From: Nymphaea colorata | Lineage: Eukaryota | Length of the DNA stretch: 64,000 nucleotides | NCBI RefSeq assembly: GCF_008831285.2 | Contig: NC_045138.2 | Location: 35,030,001-35,094,000, forward strand | Direction: 5' to 3' | Part shown: positions 1 to 15,030 of the stretch, piece by piece | How positions within the stretch are numbered: position 1 is the stretch's first letter | Layout: every line of letters starts with the position of its first letter | Position numbers and translations under genes: made by a program | Notes under the pieces: model-generated | Database searches by the model: none | The model's input: the letters and a program-made list of their open reading frames with translations, nothing else | Told to the model about the DNA's origin: nothing

Positions 1-90
<90 letters not shown>
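1..90. repeat. (AT)n microsatellite running off the window start
   Basis: Perfect AT dinucleotide run at 1-90. Confidence 0.98.
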
Positions 91-93
<3 letters not shown>

Positions 94-3000
94 AGATTAA
101 TCTAAAAAAATATTTCCATATTCCAATGCTAAACATGACAATAGCAGACAGAAAAATATAAACTTAACCCATTGAATGTAATGTGAAAATCATAACTCAC
201 TTTAAAAACAAGTTTCTTTCGCCGCTGTTTTGTAAATAAAAAACAGAAAATCCCTGCCCATTATACGTGAGACAAACAAAACCCTCGTTGGGGCAAATCG
301 AATTTCTTTTTTCCTGCCCATTAAACCTGAGTTGAAGAATATGTCCGTTGCAAGATTTTCCCGTAATCATATTTCCAGAAATTTCGGATCAGCTTTCCTA
401 TTCGATGAAAAAGCCCGTTACGGCTGCCATGGTGAGCATCGGCTTCTGCCGCAGCCGCCGTCCTCCTCCTTGCAGCTTCCTTCATCGCAGCTCCCTCCTC
501 TAGCCCTGCAGCTTCGTGGGTGAGCGGAACGGCGTTGGCGGTAAACAGTTTTCGTCTGGCGACATCTGGTCCGTGTGCCGGCTGCCGTGAAGGTCTTCAA
601 AGCTCGTCCGGAAGCCTGCTTCAAAAGGGACTGGTTAAGAAGGCACTGGAGTTCTCCGTGTTCTGCGAAGCTTTTGTTCCTCCCATCGTCTTCTCAACCA
701 ACCGACAGCTTTGAGATTTTCACCAACTGCAGGTTCCTCTCCCCCCCCTCTCTCTCTCTATCCTGCGATGAATTAGATTGATTGTCTTCTGTCTCGCTAT
801 TTCCTTGTCCTGTTTCTCCTTTCTTACCTTGTTCTGGTTGGATAGATTTGAGCGACCTTTTCCTCGCTCTCATCTTGGAAGTTGAGGGTCTTCTTTTCCT
901 GCCTCTAGTTGCTGATCATTTTAATCCATGGGCATCCGGTTTTTTTTTTTTTTTTTTTTGTTTCGCGAGGTTGAGATTCCCTGATTTCCTTTGTTCTTTT
1001 TTTTTTTTTTTTTTTTTTGCACGGTCGTGTTTTTTAAGGGCTTTTATTTTTTTCTGACCCGAGAATGTTGTTTTTCCTTTTCTGGCGACCGTTACGGGCT
1101 TACACTTTGTTCCAGGAATGGAACCCCACAAGGTTTTGTTTTAATAGAATTTGGCAGAAGAACATGGTTTGGCAGTGTCTCAGACATGAGGGGATAAGCC
1201 GTGTTTTTCAAGGACGATTCCTAAATCGCAAACGCAGGCTGTTTTATGGTGAAATTGAGTAATTTTATGAGAAATTTTCACATTGAAGGTGTGGTTAGGA
1301 GCTTGGCAGCACACTTGATACGTTTTCTTGTTTCAAGTTCTGTTTTGCGTTCTCACGGTCTTCAAACTGTGATACTGCAGTGTAGCTGGAAGTTTGTCTC
1401 TGTATTAGAAGTGGTGTTGCATTGTTTTATGTGATATAAATGAGGGGGTCTGACTGACAGGATTTGTTTACATGCTCATCTTCTGAAACATCACCTGGAC
1501 AGTAGTTTCGGTTACATTCTTCACTTCAGTATGGTCTGAGTCGTAACTGCTGTTTTCTAATACCTTCCTGTTAGTGTATTTCTGCTACTGAGAAGACCAC
1601 TTCAATACTCGACAAGGATAAGCTTGCAGACTGCTCTTATGCTAGATCTTTCATATGTGTTTATATGTAGATCTTGTGTTTGCCATTGTAAGGAAGCTTT
1701 TTCCACAACTTTTGTTGTGATCCAATTATATTTTTCATTCTTTATTTTCTTGGCGACTTGGCATTAGTGCCTTTCATTGAGTTTCAATTTAGGTTTACAT
1801 GTCACTATTGTGACTCACATTTTTGTGGTATTAGAGCTCTGGCTTGGGCTTTGATTTGCTGATTGTGGATACAACTTTTTAGTTGGTTCATAAATGTGGT
1901 GTTCACCAACTATTGGTGAAATTATTGAAGTTACAAGTTGTCGGTGGGCCAAACTTTTGTGCAATCCAAACCTAGTCGTTTGTTTAGGGAGAGAATGTGC
2001 TTTACCCAATTGTTTGAAACTTCCAATTAGTTGAGGACCTAACACTTATGAGAACTTTTCACCCTTAAACCAACATTTTGTGTAGAATGCCCTACTTTTA
2101 TAGGAGAGCTGATGTAGTTCATTCTTCTTCCCAACAAATCCATCTGGTTTCATAGACACTCCTCTCGTAGTGGCAGACGAGAGTTTCTACTTCTAGGTGA
2201 TATACCATTTGATGTCAAGAAGTTTTTTGAAAGTGAAAATTTTTAATTTTACCTAAAAACATTTTAAAAGTGTTTTCTCACCTAATGATATACCTTCATC
2301 TTATTCTTAATACCTCATCGAGTAGAAGGAAAAAATTTCAAGTTTTTGATGCCAATCATTAGAAGAGGAAATCTTCAAAGATCCTGGATATGAGCAGTGA
2401 AGAAAAATTCAATGAAACTGAGAAAGTCAAGACTATGAAAGGCTATTGACTTAAGTGATCAAGCGTCTGCAAGGATTTATCAGGAAAATATCTTAGGAGA
2501 GAAGCCATAATGCCTTTTAAAATATTGGCAGGTAGCAAAATGAGAGTTGAGAGATGGGCTCGGGGCTTGTGTGGTCGTTCCTCTGGGTCAGTAATCGAGA
2601 GTACCGGGTAGGCATAAAGGTGATTTATGTCTATACCGCGAAGATGAAGACTTATGAACTTTTGACATGTTGAAAACCCGCAAGGTGAAACGGGTTGGAT
2701 ACATGAAAAAACTACACATAACCACTAAAGTGGTGGAGCTCCGTAGTAGCCTTTGGGGTGGTGAGGGATTCCCTCAAAGGTGAAGGTCGGCCTAAAGAAA
2801 AAAATCAAAAGCAAAAAAAAAAAAAAAGAAGGGGCAAAAAGCCTATTGCAAAAAAAAAAAAGAAAAAAAAAAAGGTGGCTTCCAAGATATGAATGGCATG
2901 AAGGCTGAACTCCTAGGAATTGAATGTGACAGTCTTTTGTGGATGCACGAGTCTTGAGTCAATAGCCATTCCTCTTTTTGACTTTCTAAGATGTTGAGGA

Positions 3001-6000
3001 TGATTCTTTTATGTTCATATTTTGAAAATTTAAAGATTTTCCTTTCTAGAGATTCAACAACATTGATGCGAAATGAATCCTACTGCTTGTACAATATTGA
3101 GGGTAAATGAAGGACATATCATTTGCACAACGAGCACTCAAGCTTATGATTTAAATCGATGATTAATGAGTTGTTTCAAAATAAAAATTTGACATCTTTT
3201 GTTATGTTTCCTAGCTTCTTGGACCTGTGAGGAACTCCCAACTCCTCTTTGTTCTTGAAAGATGTCGTTTTCTGATTACCAAAACGGCTACCCGGCAAAC
3301 CTATTCCATTCATATCGAGTGTAATGAATTTCCTATCGTGTGTTTGCAGTGTTAGCTGGGCAATGACTTGCATAAAGATGGTTAAACAGTTGTTTGTTTG
3401 CGTTTTTTGTTTATTGGCTTGCCATAATTTGGTAGGAAACCAACTCTATGCCTGTACATTTGAGAGCTTGAAAACCACACCCAAAACACCAGAAATCTCC
3501 TCAGAGATAGTGTTGTTGTTGTAAACTTCTATTTCCAAAATTGTGGATGTTTAGGTGACTTCAACCTTTGACAATTGATTTGTTTTGCTTCCCAAGACCG
3601 GTTATCCCTTGGGTTTAGCTTATTTGATTGCAGGGAATCTGATTTGACCCAGTGGTTGCAAATTTATATTGAAATGAAGAATTTTTGCTATAAATTCATG
3701 AGAAAATTACATATATGTGCAGAAATTAGATTGCTTGCAGCAACCTGACAAGTTTCTAGTAGTCAATTAGTCTGTCTTTTACCTGAATTTGTGATCTCAG
3801 TTCTGCTAGTGTATGCATGAGACAACTTAAGTCAGAGTCATGTACACTTAAAGCAGTCTTTCAAATTTGTTGATATTCAGTTGCCATTTACCATAGTCCA
3901 ATTAGTTTAGAGAGTACAGACTCTATAATTAAAGCGTTTATCAGTTTATCTTAGAGCTCTTACATTTTTTTCCAAGTCTCATTCATTTGTTTCCAAGTTG
4001 GTGATCAAAAGAAACTTTTGAAGAAATTAAGGGGCTGATGCATCCAGAGAATCTTGCATTTTTGGTCTATCTTCGTACATGTTTGGCGTCTAGAGAATTG
4101 TGCACTTTTTAGTCCGTTTTAGTATCTGTTTGTTCCCCATATTTGATACGGACTTGCCACTTATTGGAAAAGTATACCAAAATTACTTTTGTTGCCTCTT
4201 AGGTAGAATCTGCAACATTGTTTAGTATTCAAGCGGAATCCTTCTCATTAACCTTGTAGCCATTAGTGGAAATCTTTGTACACTTTGTACTATTGCCTGC
4301 TTTGTTGATTTGGTTTTTCCTTTTTCTTTTGTTTTTGTGTGCGTGTGGGTGAGAGAGATTTTATATTTGGTAGTTAATAAGCATAGAGTTCAACTTAGTT
4401 AGTGAATGTAGGATTATTTCTTCATTTTCTTGGTGTGTTTTTATTCCAACTTTTTTGGCTTGAGTTGTTGAATTATTGAGCTTAAAGTGCAAGGAGGAGA
4501 GATTAGACAAGTAGGGATAGAGTAGAAGTCTACTTGTGTTTGATGGTTTAATTGAGTGTTTATTTCTTGATTTTATTGCGGCTCAACAGTGATGGTTTGT
4601 GGAAGAACAAGATCTTGCGAAGCTGGGAACTGAACTTTTTTCATACCTTACTGTAAATGAGAAAAAGATGGGTAGCACTGTTTGTGAATAATGTGTTATT
4701 TACTGAACTTGCGTAGATAGTGAATAATGGGCGGTTCTTTTTTCCTTAGAATTAGTATGATCGTTCTGCTGTTACAGTGGGTCTATATGTTGATGACGCG
4801 TCAAGAATAATTTCAAGGCAGCTTCAGTGTATAGTAGTAAACTTTGCGCCCTAACTGAATTTGACATGTTTACCCTAAGCCAAGGCCACCTTGGTTGAAC
4901 AGGTATTTGGCAGTTAGGTGGTATTGCAGACTTGAAAGCTAGAGATTAAATTGTGACGCCGAGCTTGCAAGGTTAGGCATTTTCAAGTGGATTGTCACTG
5001 GCCTTTTATCATTTTCCAGATATCCTTTCCTTGTTCTGCATGGGTTCTTGCAGTTGCACAGGCCATTAAATTTTCGGAGTTGAGGTTAGGATCTAGACAA
5101 CAAGGCACAAGAAAATCCTTGAGCATTAGGGATACCTTGCAATTCTACATGCTTTTCTGAAAAGTTTTCTGAAAAGCATTACTCAGTAACCCTATTATAG
5201 TTGTACCGCTCTTCCTCAGGTTAATAGATTTGGGTTTTTGGTTAATCCACAATGCATATGTCACACTTTCCTTTCACCAATGATATCTGCTCAATTGTTC
5301 CTTGAAGACGACTGGGCTTTCAAACTTCAAATATAAGCTAAGCTGTTCTTATATGGTGCAGGTTGCTTATCCTCTTCCACAACGTGTTTGGTCTGCTGCT
5401 TTGGCGGATCTGAAACACACTCCCCCCTCAAATAGCTTCAGTTTCACTGCTAATAGCCTATTAGACTTTAGTGATTTCATGATTTCACAGAGTAGAATAC
5501 TAATAATGCTGACCCACAGGTGATCCTAATGCAGCCCAGCAAATTACCTTTATATCTTCACTTAGAATGTGATGTAAAGGTTCGGTCAAAGACTAAATAA
5601 TTGGATCTCCAATGAGTAAAAAGATAAAAGACAAGAAAGAGAGCAGTAGTAGGGGCATGGTGGTCAACACGGGCAAAATGAGATGGCTGATAAACTTGCA
5701 GTAAATAGTTTGGCAGAAGGCTTGTGCCTGGGAAGGCGAGTAAGCTGTTTCTCGGTGGCAAGGGAGACTCACTGGTCATTGGGATGCACATTGCCTAGTT
5801 GACGCAATCCATTGATAGTTGAAACCTGTGAAGAAGTCCATGGACCAGGTGATAGGGTGGCCTGTGAATGGAAGGTGAGTGGTTTATTATATCAGGATCA
5901 GTAGCATGGATTTATTTTGAAATAATAGATTTGATGTTCACTTGCACCTCCAGCATGACTTTTTTATTTTTTGCTGTATTATAGCAGACTGCCTAGTAAA

Positions 6001-7006
6001 GAATTCTTGTGACACAGGACTATGGACATGCCTTAGAATGCCCAATTTAACCAATAGGCACACATACATTATGAATCCCCAAATTATGCTGGAGGTTTTA
6101 TTGCTTGAACTGTTTTACCATTCTAAAAAGGACCAATGCATTCCTGCTTGATGTTGTTGGCGGCATCTTTGAGAGGTACGCTTTGTTCATGGGTTCAGGA
6201 GATCAATTCATGCTCTTAAGAATGCTAGCAGAATTAGTCCTTTGGTGGACAAGGGGCCTCAGAAGTGTCTTGCAAAACAGTCATTTTGAATACAACATGC
6301 ATGTGTGGTATTGTCCTTTTTTTTTTTGGTTTATTATGTAGAAAAAGAATGGGACAACGAAGCTGGAGGTAGGAACTGGAAGTCTGGAACTATATTGGTG
6401 CACTAGATGAATGGCTGAAGGTGCTTTCTCTCTCTCTCTCTCTCTTTGATGATACTCATTCGTGGGTTTAGGATGTGGGCAATTGTAGAGCCATGTTAAA
6501 TTTTCAATCAACGTACATCGCCCTCCTCCTCATCCTAATTCTTCGGGCACCCCTACCCCTACGTGAAGACGCCTAAGGAGGTATTTCACTTAGCTGGATC
6601 TCTGGAGATGAGCCCTAACTGCCAGGGAATTTTAGTTTGCCAAAGGGTTTCCCTTTCTGTAGTGCATTTGGAAGAACCGAAAATTAGATGGTTTAAGTAG
6701 TTTGTCTCTTGACCAAGGTGACAGCAGTCTAGATTTGGCCCTTCAACTTAGATTATAATATTGAACAACCACAATTGTAGGGGACGTACCTGATGAAATT
6801 CACATTGAAGTACAGGCAGCTAAGCCATTGTTGTTGGATTGCAGCTAAGCCACAGTTGTTGTTGGCCTTTTCAACGGGAGAGAGTTAGGAGTCTTTTTCG
6901 GAAATTCTTTGATGTTGCTTATGACAAAATACAGAAGTTGGTTTAACTGTCAAAGTGTTTGGCATTGGGTATAAAATTGTGTGGGATCCCCAAGAGACTG
7001 ATCTAG

Positions 7007-7046
<40 letters not shown>

Positions 7047-7123
7047 GGTCAAGGACACCACAAACATTGGGAGTCTGGCGAGGGAGAACCCTAATTGGGG
7101 ATTAGGGCTGATGAGCGTGCGTA

Positions 7124-8851
7124 GCCGTGGGTACAACTGGTAGTGGCTAACAACTGGTATCATAGCATACCAGAGCAGTGTTGATCCTTCAGCCATAATA
7201 TGAAATTCCTCATAGCTGTATGGCCATGCCCTCGCGAGTTTTGGGCTATGGCTCCGGTGGCAGCTCTTCCTCTTCCTCGTCTAGGAGTGTTATGAGAGGT
7301 TGTGCCTAGGAGTGTTATGAGTGGTTGTGCCGCCGTATTTTTTAGGAGTAAGAGGGAGGCGTCTTCACAATAGATGGTTCTTTTCATCCGTTGGAAGAGG
7401 GAGGCATCTTACACCTGAGGGATTTTAAGGATTACAGCCGCTGCTTATAGAAACTCCATATCGGGATGGATAGGTTTGAAGGATTGGTTGATGAATGCTT
7501 TGTTAATTGTAGAGAAGCCAAAGGAGGATGTTCACACTGGGGTTTAGAAAGGTCTGCTTATAGAAACTCCCTATGGGGCATGGATAGGTTTGAAGGATTG
7601 GTTGATGAATGCTTTGTTAATTGTAGAGAAGCCAAAGGAGGGATGTTCACACTATGGGGTTTAGAAAGGTCACTTGTCTATCCGTCCATTCTATTCATTG
7701 CTAAGTTGACATATCCTTCCCAGGACAGTGCTTGCTTGCTGTTATCTGAAGTGATGATTTTGACAAGAAAAATTTTAGAGTAGGATTTTAGATTGTTTCT
7801 CTCGGTACTTTAACTTGGAGACTGAAGGACGGAAGTAAATTCCTTTCATTTGTGTTGTCAACAAAAAGTAAAGTTTGAGTGCACAGCATTCCCTGGAGAA
7901 GCACAGCTGTTATTTTCTCTTTGATTCCTCTTTCCACCAGTCCTTAAACCCAATATCCCCAGACTGCATGGATGAGATAGAAAGCTTCGTTCAAGAATTC
8001 ATTCAGTCGTAAATGAAACCGTTTTCTTTGGTTCGGGAAGCAGTTGGATCCACATTTCAGGTATAAAGACGCAAAAGCTTTCTCAGTTCATCAGTTAAAG
8101 TGGAAACTTCTTCAAGGAGCACTACTTGTTGAAGCCCAGTATGGGCCACCGAAGTCCAATTAGATAGAGTTTTGTTACTATTTTGAGTCATATGAAACGA
8201 GTTGCCACACCAAGCTGACAGTGCATTAATGTCATGCCCAGACCTCGTTACAGCCGTGGAATAAGATGAAGGGAAAGCCTTTTTGGCCTTTAACTAGCAA
8301 CTTAAGGCAAAACGTACCACAAAAATTTAATTATTGCCGTGGGTACAACTGGTAGTGGCTAACAACTGGTAGTATAGCATACCAGAGCAGTGTTGATCCT
8401 TCAGCCATAATATGAAATTCCTCATAGCTGTATGGCCATGCCCTCGCGAGTTTTGGGCTATGGCTCCGGTGGCAGCTCTTCCTCTTCCTCGTCTAGGAGT
8501 GTTATGAGAGGTTGTGCCGCCGGTATTTTTTAGGAGTAAGAGGGAGGTGTCTTCACAATAGATGGTTCTTTTCATCCGTTGCATCTTACACCTGAGGGAT
8601 GCTAAGGATTACAGTCGCTGCTTATAGAAACTCCCTATTGGGCATGGATAGGTTTGAAGGATTGGTTGATGAATGCTTTGTTAATTGTAGAGAAGCCAAA
8701 GGAGGATGTTCACACTATGGGGTTTAGAAAGGTCTGCTTATAGAAAATCCCTATGGGGCATGGATAGGTTTGAAGGATTGGTTGATGAATGCTTTGTTAA
8801 TTGTAGAGAAGCCAAAGGAGGGATGTTTGGGGTTTAGAAAGGTCACTTGTC
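7124..8851 (+). repeat. Direct duplication of a ~0.52-0.56 kb block (about 7124-7680 and 8336-8851), each copy containing an internal ~115-bp tandem pair
   Basis: Both copies start gccgtgggtacaactggtagtggctaacaactgg and end gggtttagaaaggtcacttgtct. The unit ctgcttatagaaactcc...gggtttagaaaggt occurs twice in each copy. ORFs 7160..7387 and 8327..8584 are near-identical. Confidence 0.9.
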
Positions 8852-10244
8852 TCCGACCAACTAGTGGTGCAAGGCTGCAGGCGGCCTAGTGAGTGGGAGT
8901 CCTACCGAAGCATCTCTTGATGTTGGCAAGTTAATGGTGAGAGTTGCAAGCCGAGTCTTTTTTCTTGGAAGGAGGCGAAATTGTGATTGCCTTTCCTTCA
9001 GAGTGTCTACAAGTGAGTTTAAAAAAAGGGTGGTGGGTGGACTATTAGATGATCAAGAACAAGCAAAGTGGATTGGTGCACTACTGGTTGTAGGCATACA
9101 GAGAGGGGTGGTGGGTGGTGGGTCGACTATTAGATGAGCAAGAACAAGCAAAGTGGATCGGTGTACAGATAGCTGCAGTTAGATGGCTTGCAACTAGATG
9201 GCTTGCAAAATCGAGTTAGTACTTCCTGCAAAAACTAGGGGACTCAATGTCATTGAGGGCAGGAACGGAGCAGCAAGTTTGGAGAAGAAGGGTAATCAAC
9301 AGCTTGTTAGAGTCCATCTTACCATAGCTATAGCTGGAACTATGCGAGATTGTATGGTTATGCAATTCACGTGCATAGATGGATTCTTTTTTCCTTCTAT
9401 CTTTGTTCTTTCTCTTTTAAAAAAAGTTTTTGTGAACTTTTAATATTTAGAAGTTGCTATTTGCCATTTTCCACTTGGTAGCACACATCTGGAGCAAATT
9501 GATGGAGATGGGTGTGTCTTCTCCGAATTGCTTTCAGGTTCCAATGTTATTGTCAATGAAAAAGTTTTGAGTTGACCATTTTCCCTTCTCTCCCATTTGC
9601 TTACAGGTCAATGTCGTGATCTTTTGCCGTGATTTTTGTCTTCCTTTCTTGAGAAGGTTTCGCTCTCTCTCTCTCTCTCTCTTGTGCCACCTCCTTTCTC
9701 CTGCCTCTTTGTTTGCCTATTGCATTGATTGTTCATCTTCTTCTTAATAACGTTCTTTTTTTGGCCCCCTTTAAGTTTTAGAGCCGGTTTTGCAAGTCTT
9801 CTTCTCTACACATTAATGTCTCTAATTTGGATTTTAGAGCCAGTGACAAAGAGGGGTTTTATCAAACAGGAAAGAAAGAGTATGGGATCAAGAAAAAATG
9901 TCCAGTCTCAGAGAATCATTTTCCACATCTCCCACCCAAAAACTTGGTCCATACCCACACCATCCATCCATCATTTTCATCGCTCGTTAATTCACTTCTT
10001 CTGTAGAATTTTGATGTTGGTTGTTTCAATTAGCTAGACTTACCATTGGAATCTGTGTTTTTTGTTCAGTTTTAAGAGATTCTTGGTTGATAGATGCATT
10101 GTCTCTGTATTATTGAGACCGAGAACTTGTTGCGCCAATAGGAACAATGAATGACATGTACATGTCATGCGTTTGGACCATTTTATTTTAAGTACGGCAC
10201 ATCTTCTATATTAAGTATCTCAGAAATGCTTGAAAGCTTCGGTA

Positions 10245-10758
10245 ATGAATCATCAGGGCCATCAAGTTTTGCAGGGTAAATCATGCCACGACTCCCTTGG
10301 GGAAGTCACACCTGCTTATAAGGGCCCCATTAACAGAAAAATGACAAATGAATGTTTTGAATGTTATAGCTTGCAATCCGATTTTCGTCTCAAGAAAACT
10401 CATGGCACAAAGATCTTCATCATTGTTAGACTGAGCTGTTATTAGATGAAGCAATATTAACTATGTCTATAGCTTTGCTGACTTTACACAGGAGAGTGAT
10501 GGAATGGAAACTGAAATTTTTCCAGGATTAAGAGAATGGTGCAGGGAATGGATAAAACAAGTAAATTTTAAGAGCAAAAAAATTGGAAAGCATGAGAACG
10601 AAGGCGTAAATGAAGAATGCTTTGGTATCATATCGCCCATTACATAAATCTAACCCTGCAACAAATGCAATAATTGTTCCCTTGCCATTACCAACATCCG
10701 CATCCAAGATCACTGACTTTTGATGATGAGGATAAATTGTTCCAACTTTCTTTTGCAT
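10245..10758 (-). pseudogene. Phospholipase D (beta/gamma-like) gene fragment around the first HKD motif
   Basis: The minus strand reads VGTIYPHHQKSVILDADVGNGKGTIIAFVAGLDLCNGRYDT/PKHS (about 10610-10758), then SPRESWHDLPCK/LDGP (about 10245-10300). These match plant PLD VGTIYTHHQK.VIVDAD...IIAFVGGLDLC.GRYD and PREPWHDLH.KIDGP. The fragment is frameshifted and the other exons are absent. Confidence 0.85.
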
Positions 10759-13443
10759 TTTTTCCTTTTCATTTTAATGAACCAAGGCACTGCATTGTGT
10801 AACTGTGTAACTGTAATTTTGACGTTCCTATATTTGATATTCTACATTGTTTCTTTCTCAATTTTCTTGATAGCATGTATCGGAGATGTCTTGTAGCAGA
10901 CTTGGCATCGTGTTCAACCCAATTGGTTTCTTTCTTCAGCTTCCAACCCAATTGGTTTCTTTCTTCAGCTTCTTGAACGGAAGTCATTTGACATTTCCTT
11001 GATATTAGCTTAAAGAATAGGGTTTTGCAGGCTCCAGTTGCAAGTCCGCTTGTGTCAAGGACGAAGAATGAATCCGATCTTTGGTTGGTGCATGGGTTCC
11101 ACTGACATAAGATGAATAAGTCATCCGCCTCCCCTTTCCTTTGTATTTCGTTATTTTGCTTTCTTTGTTGGCCAATAAAAGGATTTCTTATGTATTCGTT
11201 ATTTTGGTCTTCCAACGAAACTTGCTTATAAAATAAATGGCATTGCTTCTGTGTTGCATGATACGAATATCCAAGTAGATAGAACATGAAACCGAGCAAG
11301 GATTAGATATGCTCATGCCAAGACTGCTTAAATGCTGACGGCTAGCTAAACTTTATTGATGTAAGAAAAAAAAGTAACTTTTTTGAATGGGATGTTCATT
11401 GCTCTTTGAAGCTTCACATGTGGACAATGGTCATGAAGAGTCTAGGAACATAAGACACACCAAGCTAAGCTTGACAACGTTTGGATGCTTGAGAATTGCA
11501 CGTGAAGACGTTACTAACATTTTCATAAAGCAACTAGAGAAGCAACACTTCTGCACAAAAACAATTCAATTGCATATAAACTTAAAAATTTGTTGAATAG
11601 GAATGTTAAAAACATGAAAGAAGAAGGGAGGAAAAGGAGTTTTGCCGTGTGGGGTAATTTTCGTCGGAACTGATATTTTGCGGTGGATGCAGTCACCTGT
11701 ATAACTTACCTCTACCGGCGAGCATTGTCGCATTGTCGCCGGTACTCTCAGGTCCGCAATAGATCTATAGCAGTGACCGTTATTCCCAACATGCTATAGC
11801 GGGGACAATCCTCACCATTCTAAACAAATACCGGTGATCCAATAGCGATGCAGCGGGAAAAGGAAAAGGCACTGCCAAAAAATCTTGTGTCTGGGAAGAA
11901 GAAAGAGGACGAGATGGATGAAATATTGTACGTTTGTCCTCTTTTTTTATGCACTAATTCATGCTGTTCAACACACTCGAGTTACTAACGTTTGTCCTCT
12001 TTCTTTGTGCACAAAGTCATGTTGTTCAACACACTGAAGTTACTAACTCTGCTTCTCACAATTGCTAGGGAAAAGTGAGCAAGAAGCTCGACCTCTCAAG
12101 AACACAGAGTCGACACGTTAATTTGTCTTTTGCTTTGCTTTCTTTTGGGTATTTGGCTTACTTGTTTTTTTTTTTTTTTTCAAGATTCTCTCCAAAGCTA
12201 TACTTTGGTAAGTAGAAATGAGGTAGCCTTTTTTTTATGTTGCTGCACAATGAGTTTATTTGCAAAAGGAGCATGGTGTTTCACAATTCATCAAGTAACT
12301 TTAATGTCTGATTTTCTGTCTTCAAGATAGATACACAATAAACAATCTATTCGGTTTGAAGGTCGCCTTATGTTGTTATATTTGTCATCTTAATACTTCT
12401 TCAAATTATTAATTATCTAAGAAGGGGAAACGAGTTTTCCTGGGAACTGTGGCTTTTATGGGAAAATGGAAGGATTTGGCCTCATAAGTATTGAGCAAAT
12501 GGTTTGAATAACGCTATGTGGCAGAAGAATTACATTGGTTTGGAATTGTTGGATCATCCCCCTTATAGGGAAAGTCATTCACATGCATTTTCTTATATGA
12601 GAACAGGTATGTGGCAGAAGGATTATAAGGGTTTTTTTGCGTGAATCTATCACCATGTTCGTTCTGCGTTGCAGAGAAAGATTAGGTGCTACTGTAATTT
12701 TTATACAAGATGGAATAAGAAACTATAGCCATTTTCTCTGTATTTAGATATTTGTAGGTTCTTAAAAATTTTTGAATTTTAACATAAAATATTTTTGGAA
12801 CCAAGTTCCAATTAATTGGAATTTAACTGTTCCCATTTATCAACCCAACTACGTGAAGCTGTGGTGGAATCTTTCCTAGATGGGGTGACAGGGGGCTGGA
12901 AATAGGTCGGTCTCGGGCTGATCCGGACTTCTTCGAGCATCCATAGTCATGTTTTTTTATTTTCCTGTCTTTGCACAATTCTTTTGATAAATAGAACTTG
13001 ATCAAGTTCATGGGTCTACTGGTTGCGCCACGTTCTTGATGTAGCCTTTGAACTACATATCATGTATATATTGCTGATCAACCTGTAAGGTTGAACGGTG
13101 GGTCAGCTGAGCCCTGACTTCAACGAGTCATTGCATCTAAGTTCAGTTATGTCTACCAAGTCCCTACCCAACAACAAGAAACAGCCTCCGATTAGTGATT
13201 GAAGACATTGTCAAGTGCTTAAATTAATCCCCTTTAGAAAAGAGGAAAATGTCTTTCTTCCTTACATGAGAAATTGAAAAACTTGAAGCTTTTGTGGTGG
13301 CGGTGCACTGCACTTAATATTACGTTACTGCGACAAAATTTCCATGCAGATAAATCAGAAGAAATGGAGAAAAGAGGAAAGAGAAAAAGCACCTGGCCAC
13401 GTTCTAACCATGTCGAGTCGACAAACAACAGCGTTAGTAACAG
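10501..13443 (+). repeat. ~3-kb segmental duplication, copy 1 (copy 2 at 17855-21128)
   Basis: Both copies begin ggaatggaaactgaaatttttccagg and end acaaacaacagcgttagtaacag. Paired ORFs: 10528/17882, 10769/18260, 12130/19359, 13234/20918. Confidence 0.92.
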
Positions 13444-14832
13444 TCCATGTGTAGGTAGACTAGGACCGTAGCGGTATATATATGAAGAATTAAGATGGGT
13501 ATTATAAGCCCATAAACTTAGGTGTTGATTATTAAACTTTGAATATTTTGTTTGTACATTATACAATATCTAAAGCGCTTAGGACTCCCGCATGGGATTA
13601 CAATTTAGAGAGAGAGAGAGAGAAAAGTAAGATGAGTTGGTAAAATAAGTTAATGGTTTAAACTCAAAAACTTGTGGAAATATTGAAACGAGAACAACTT
13701 AGAGACCGAACCGATGTATAAATTGGATTTTAAAGAAAATGTTGATTTATGAACTTATCTGCCCTTCCCGTCGCAAATGACTTTTCGTTCGCTTTCTGCT
13801 TCAAATAAATGTTGGTAGACACCACCCATTTCAGGCCGCTGGACGTGCGAGTAGCGGTTAGGACCTCCCGTTGGCGGTTACAAGAAGCTCCCACACACAA
13901 TCTCTCTCTCTCCCCCCGTGCGTGCGCTCGCTCTCCCCCATCTCATTTTGGTTTTTCAAGAAAGGTCTAGGGCGTCAGCAAGAACGCCCCGCCGGAGTTG
14001 GAGAAGAAGAAGTTCGTGACCCGCCTCATCCACACCCTAGATGTGATCGGGCTTCAAGGTCTCCTCCTATGGCTCCCTCAAGTTCGAGGAGGAGGACGGT
14101 GACTGTGAGATCAATGACTCATCGTCGTCAATGGGGAAGATCACGCTGAGTGCGGCGAAGGCCAATTCGGAGACCAGCGAGGTGATCGGCGTGTTGGAGA
14201 TCCTCCAGCCGTTTGATGGGGATTTGGTTCGTGGGTGCCCAAAGACGTCAAGATCCATAGCATCTGGTACACTCGTTTTTTGGGATGGTAGATTCATCGC
14301 CATGCCCTCCTCTTCTCTTTGTCTCCTCCGCTGAGTATAGGTTGAAATGCTTTAAAACGCAAGTTCTGCATATTTTTCTTAATTTGTTTCCAGATTTTAA
14401 TGGTGCCAGCCTAATCCCCCTGGTTTACAACTTAATAGGCACATATGGAATCCATACACAAGATTTTTCCGATGTGAATTTTTTAGAATTCTAAACTTTT
14501 TTTTGTTTCTGTAAGTTTTATACTTTTGGTTCAGAAGATGATATTAGGTGGGAGATACTAAGAGCCTGAAACATGACTTTTCTTGCACTCTGTGAGGTTT
14601 CTCTGATTCAGATTCATCGTGATAACTTATGATCATGTTAGCTGTGACATCATTTGATTTCTATTGTAACTGTGATGACCTCAAAGTCTGTCATAAATAT
14701 GCAACTTCAGCATCAGCTGTTAACAGTTATTTCTTCAGCAAGTTAATCTAAAGAACCTCTGTTAACGTGATGTGATAGGAGACTTAAGCTATACGAGATT
14801 CAGCAAGTTAATCTATAGACCTCTGATGCCAG

Positions 14833-15030
14833 GTAATTGAAACTCACGCTGCGGCACATTTATGAGGTCTGATTATGATGATGGAAGATGAATTGGCTGC
14901 TGAACCAGTGTATCCTACAGTTGTAAATAACAAAAGCATTCATTAGCATGTCCAGCGAGTTGAAAACATGTTGCTTTGTCTGACTCAAAGTGATGGTTGG
15001 TAAAGATTTGCTTTCTATTACCAGCTGTCT
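14833..15030 (+). pseudogene. IAA-amino acid hydrolase (ILR1/ILL, peptidase M20) exon fragment
   Basis: After a cag acceptor it reads VIETHAAAHL*...EPVYPTVVNNKSIH*HVQRVENMLL...VMVGKD/FAFYYQL. This resembles ILL VIE.QAAVHRC...P.YP.VVNDE.LH.HV.RVG..LLG...MAGEDFAFYQQ. It has in-frame stops and a frameshift. Confidence 0.7.

Noticed and set aside
782..1262. ORFs rich in poly-Phe or poly-Lys
   Set aside because: These are artefacts of poly-T tracts in intron-like sequence.
1400..10200. Exon-like patches (about 3215-3320, 5570-5875, 6130-6175, 7860-8060)
   Set aside because: Some have splice-like borders, but I recognised no protein family and could not build a consistent reading frame.
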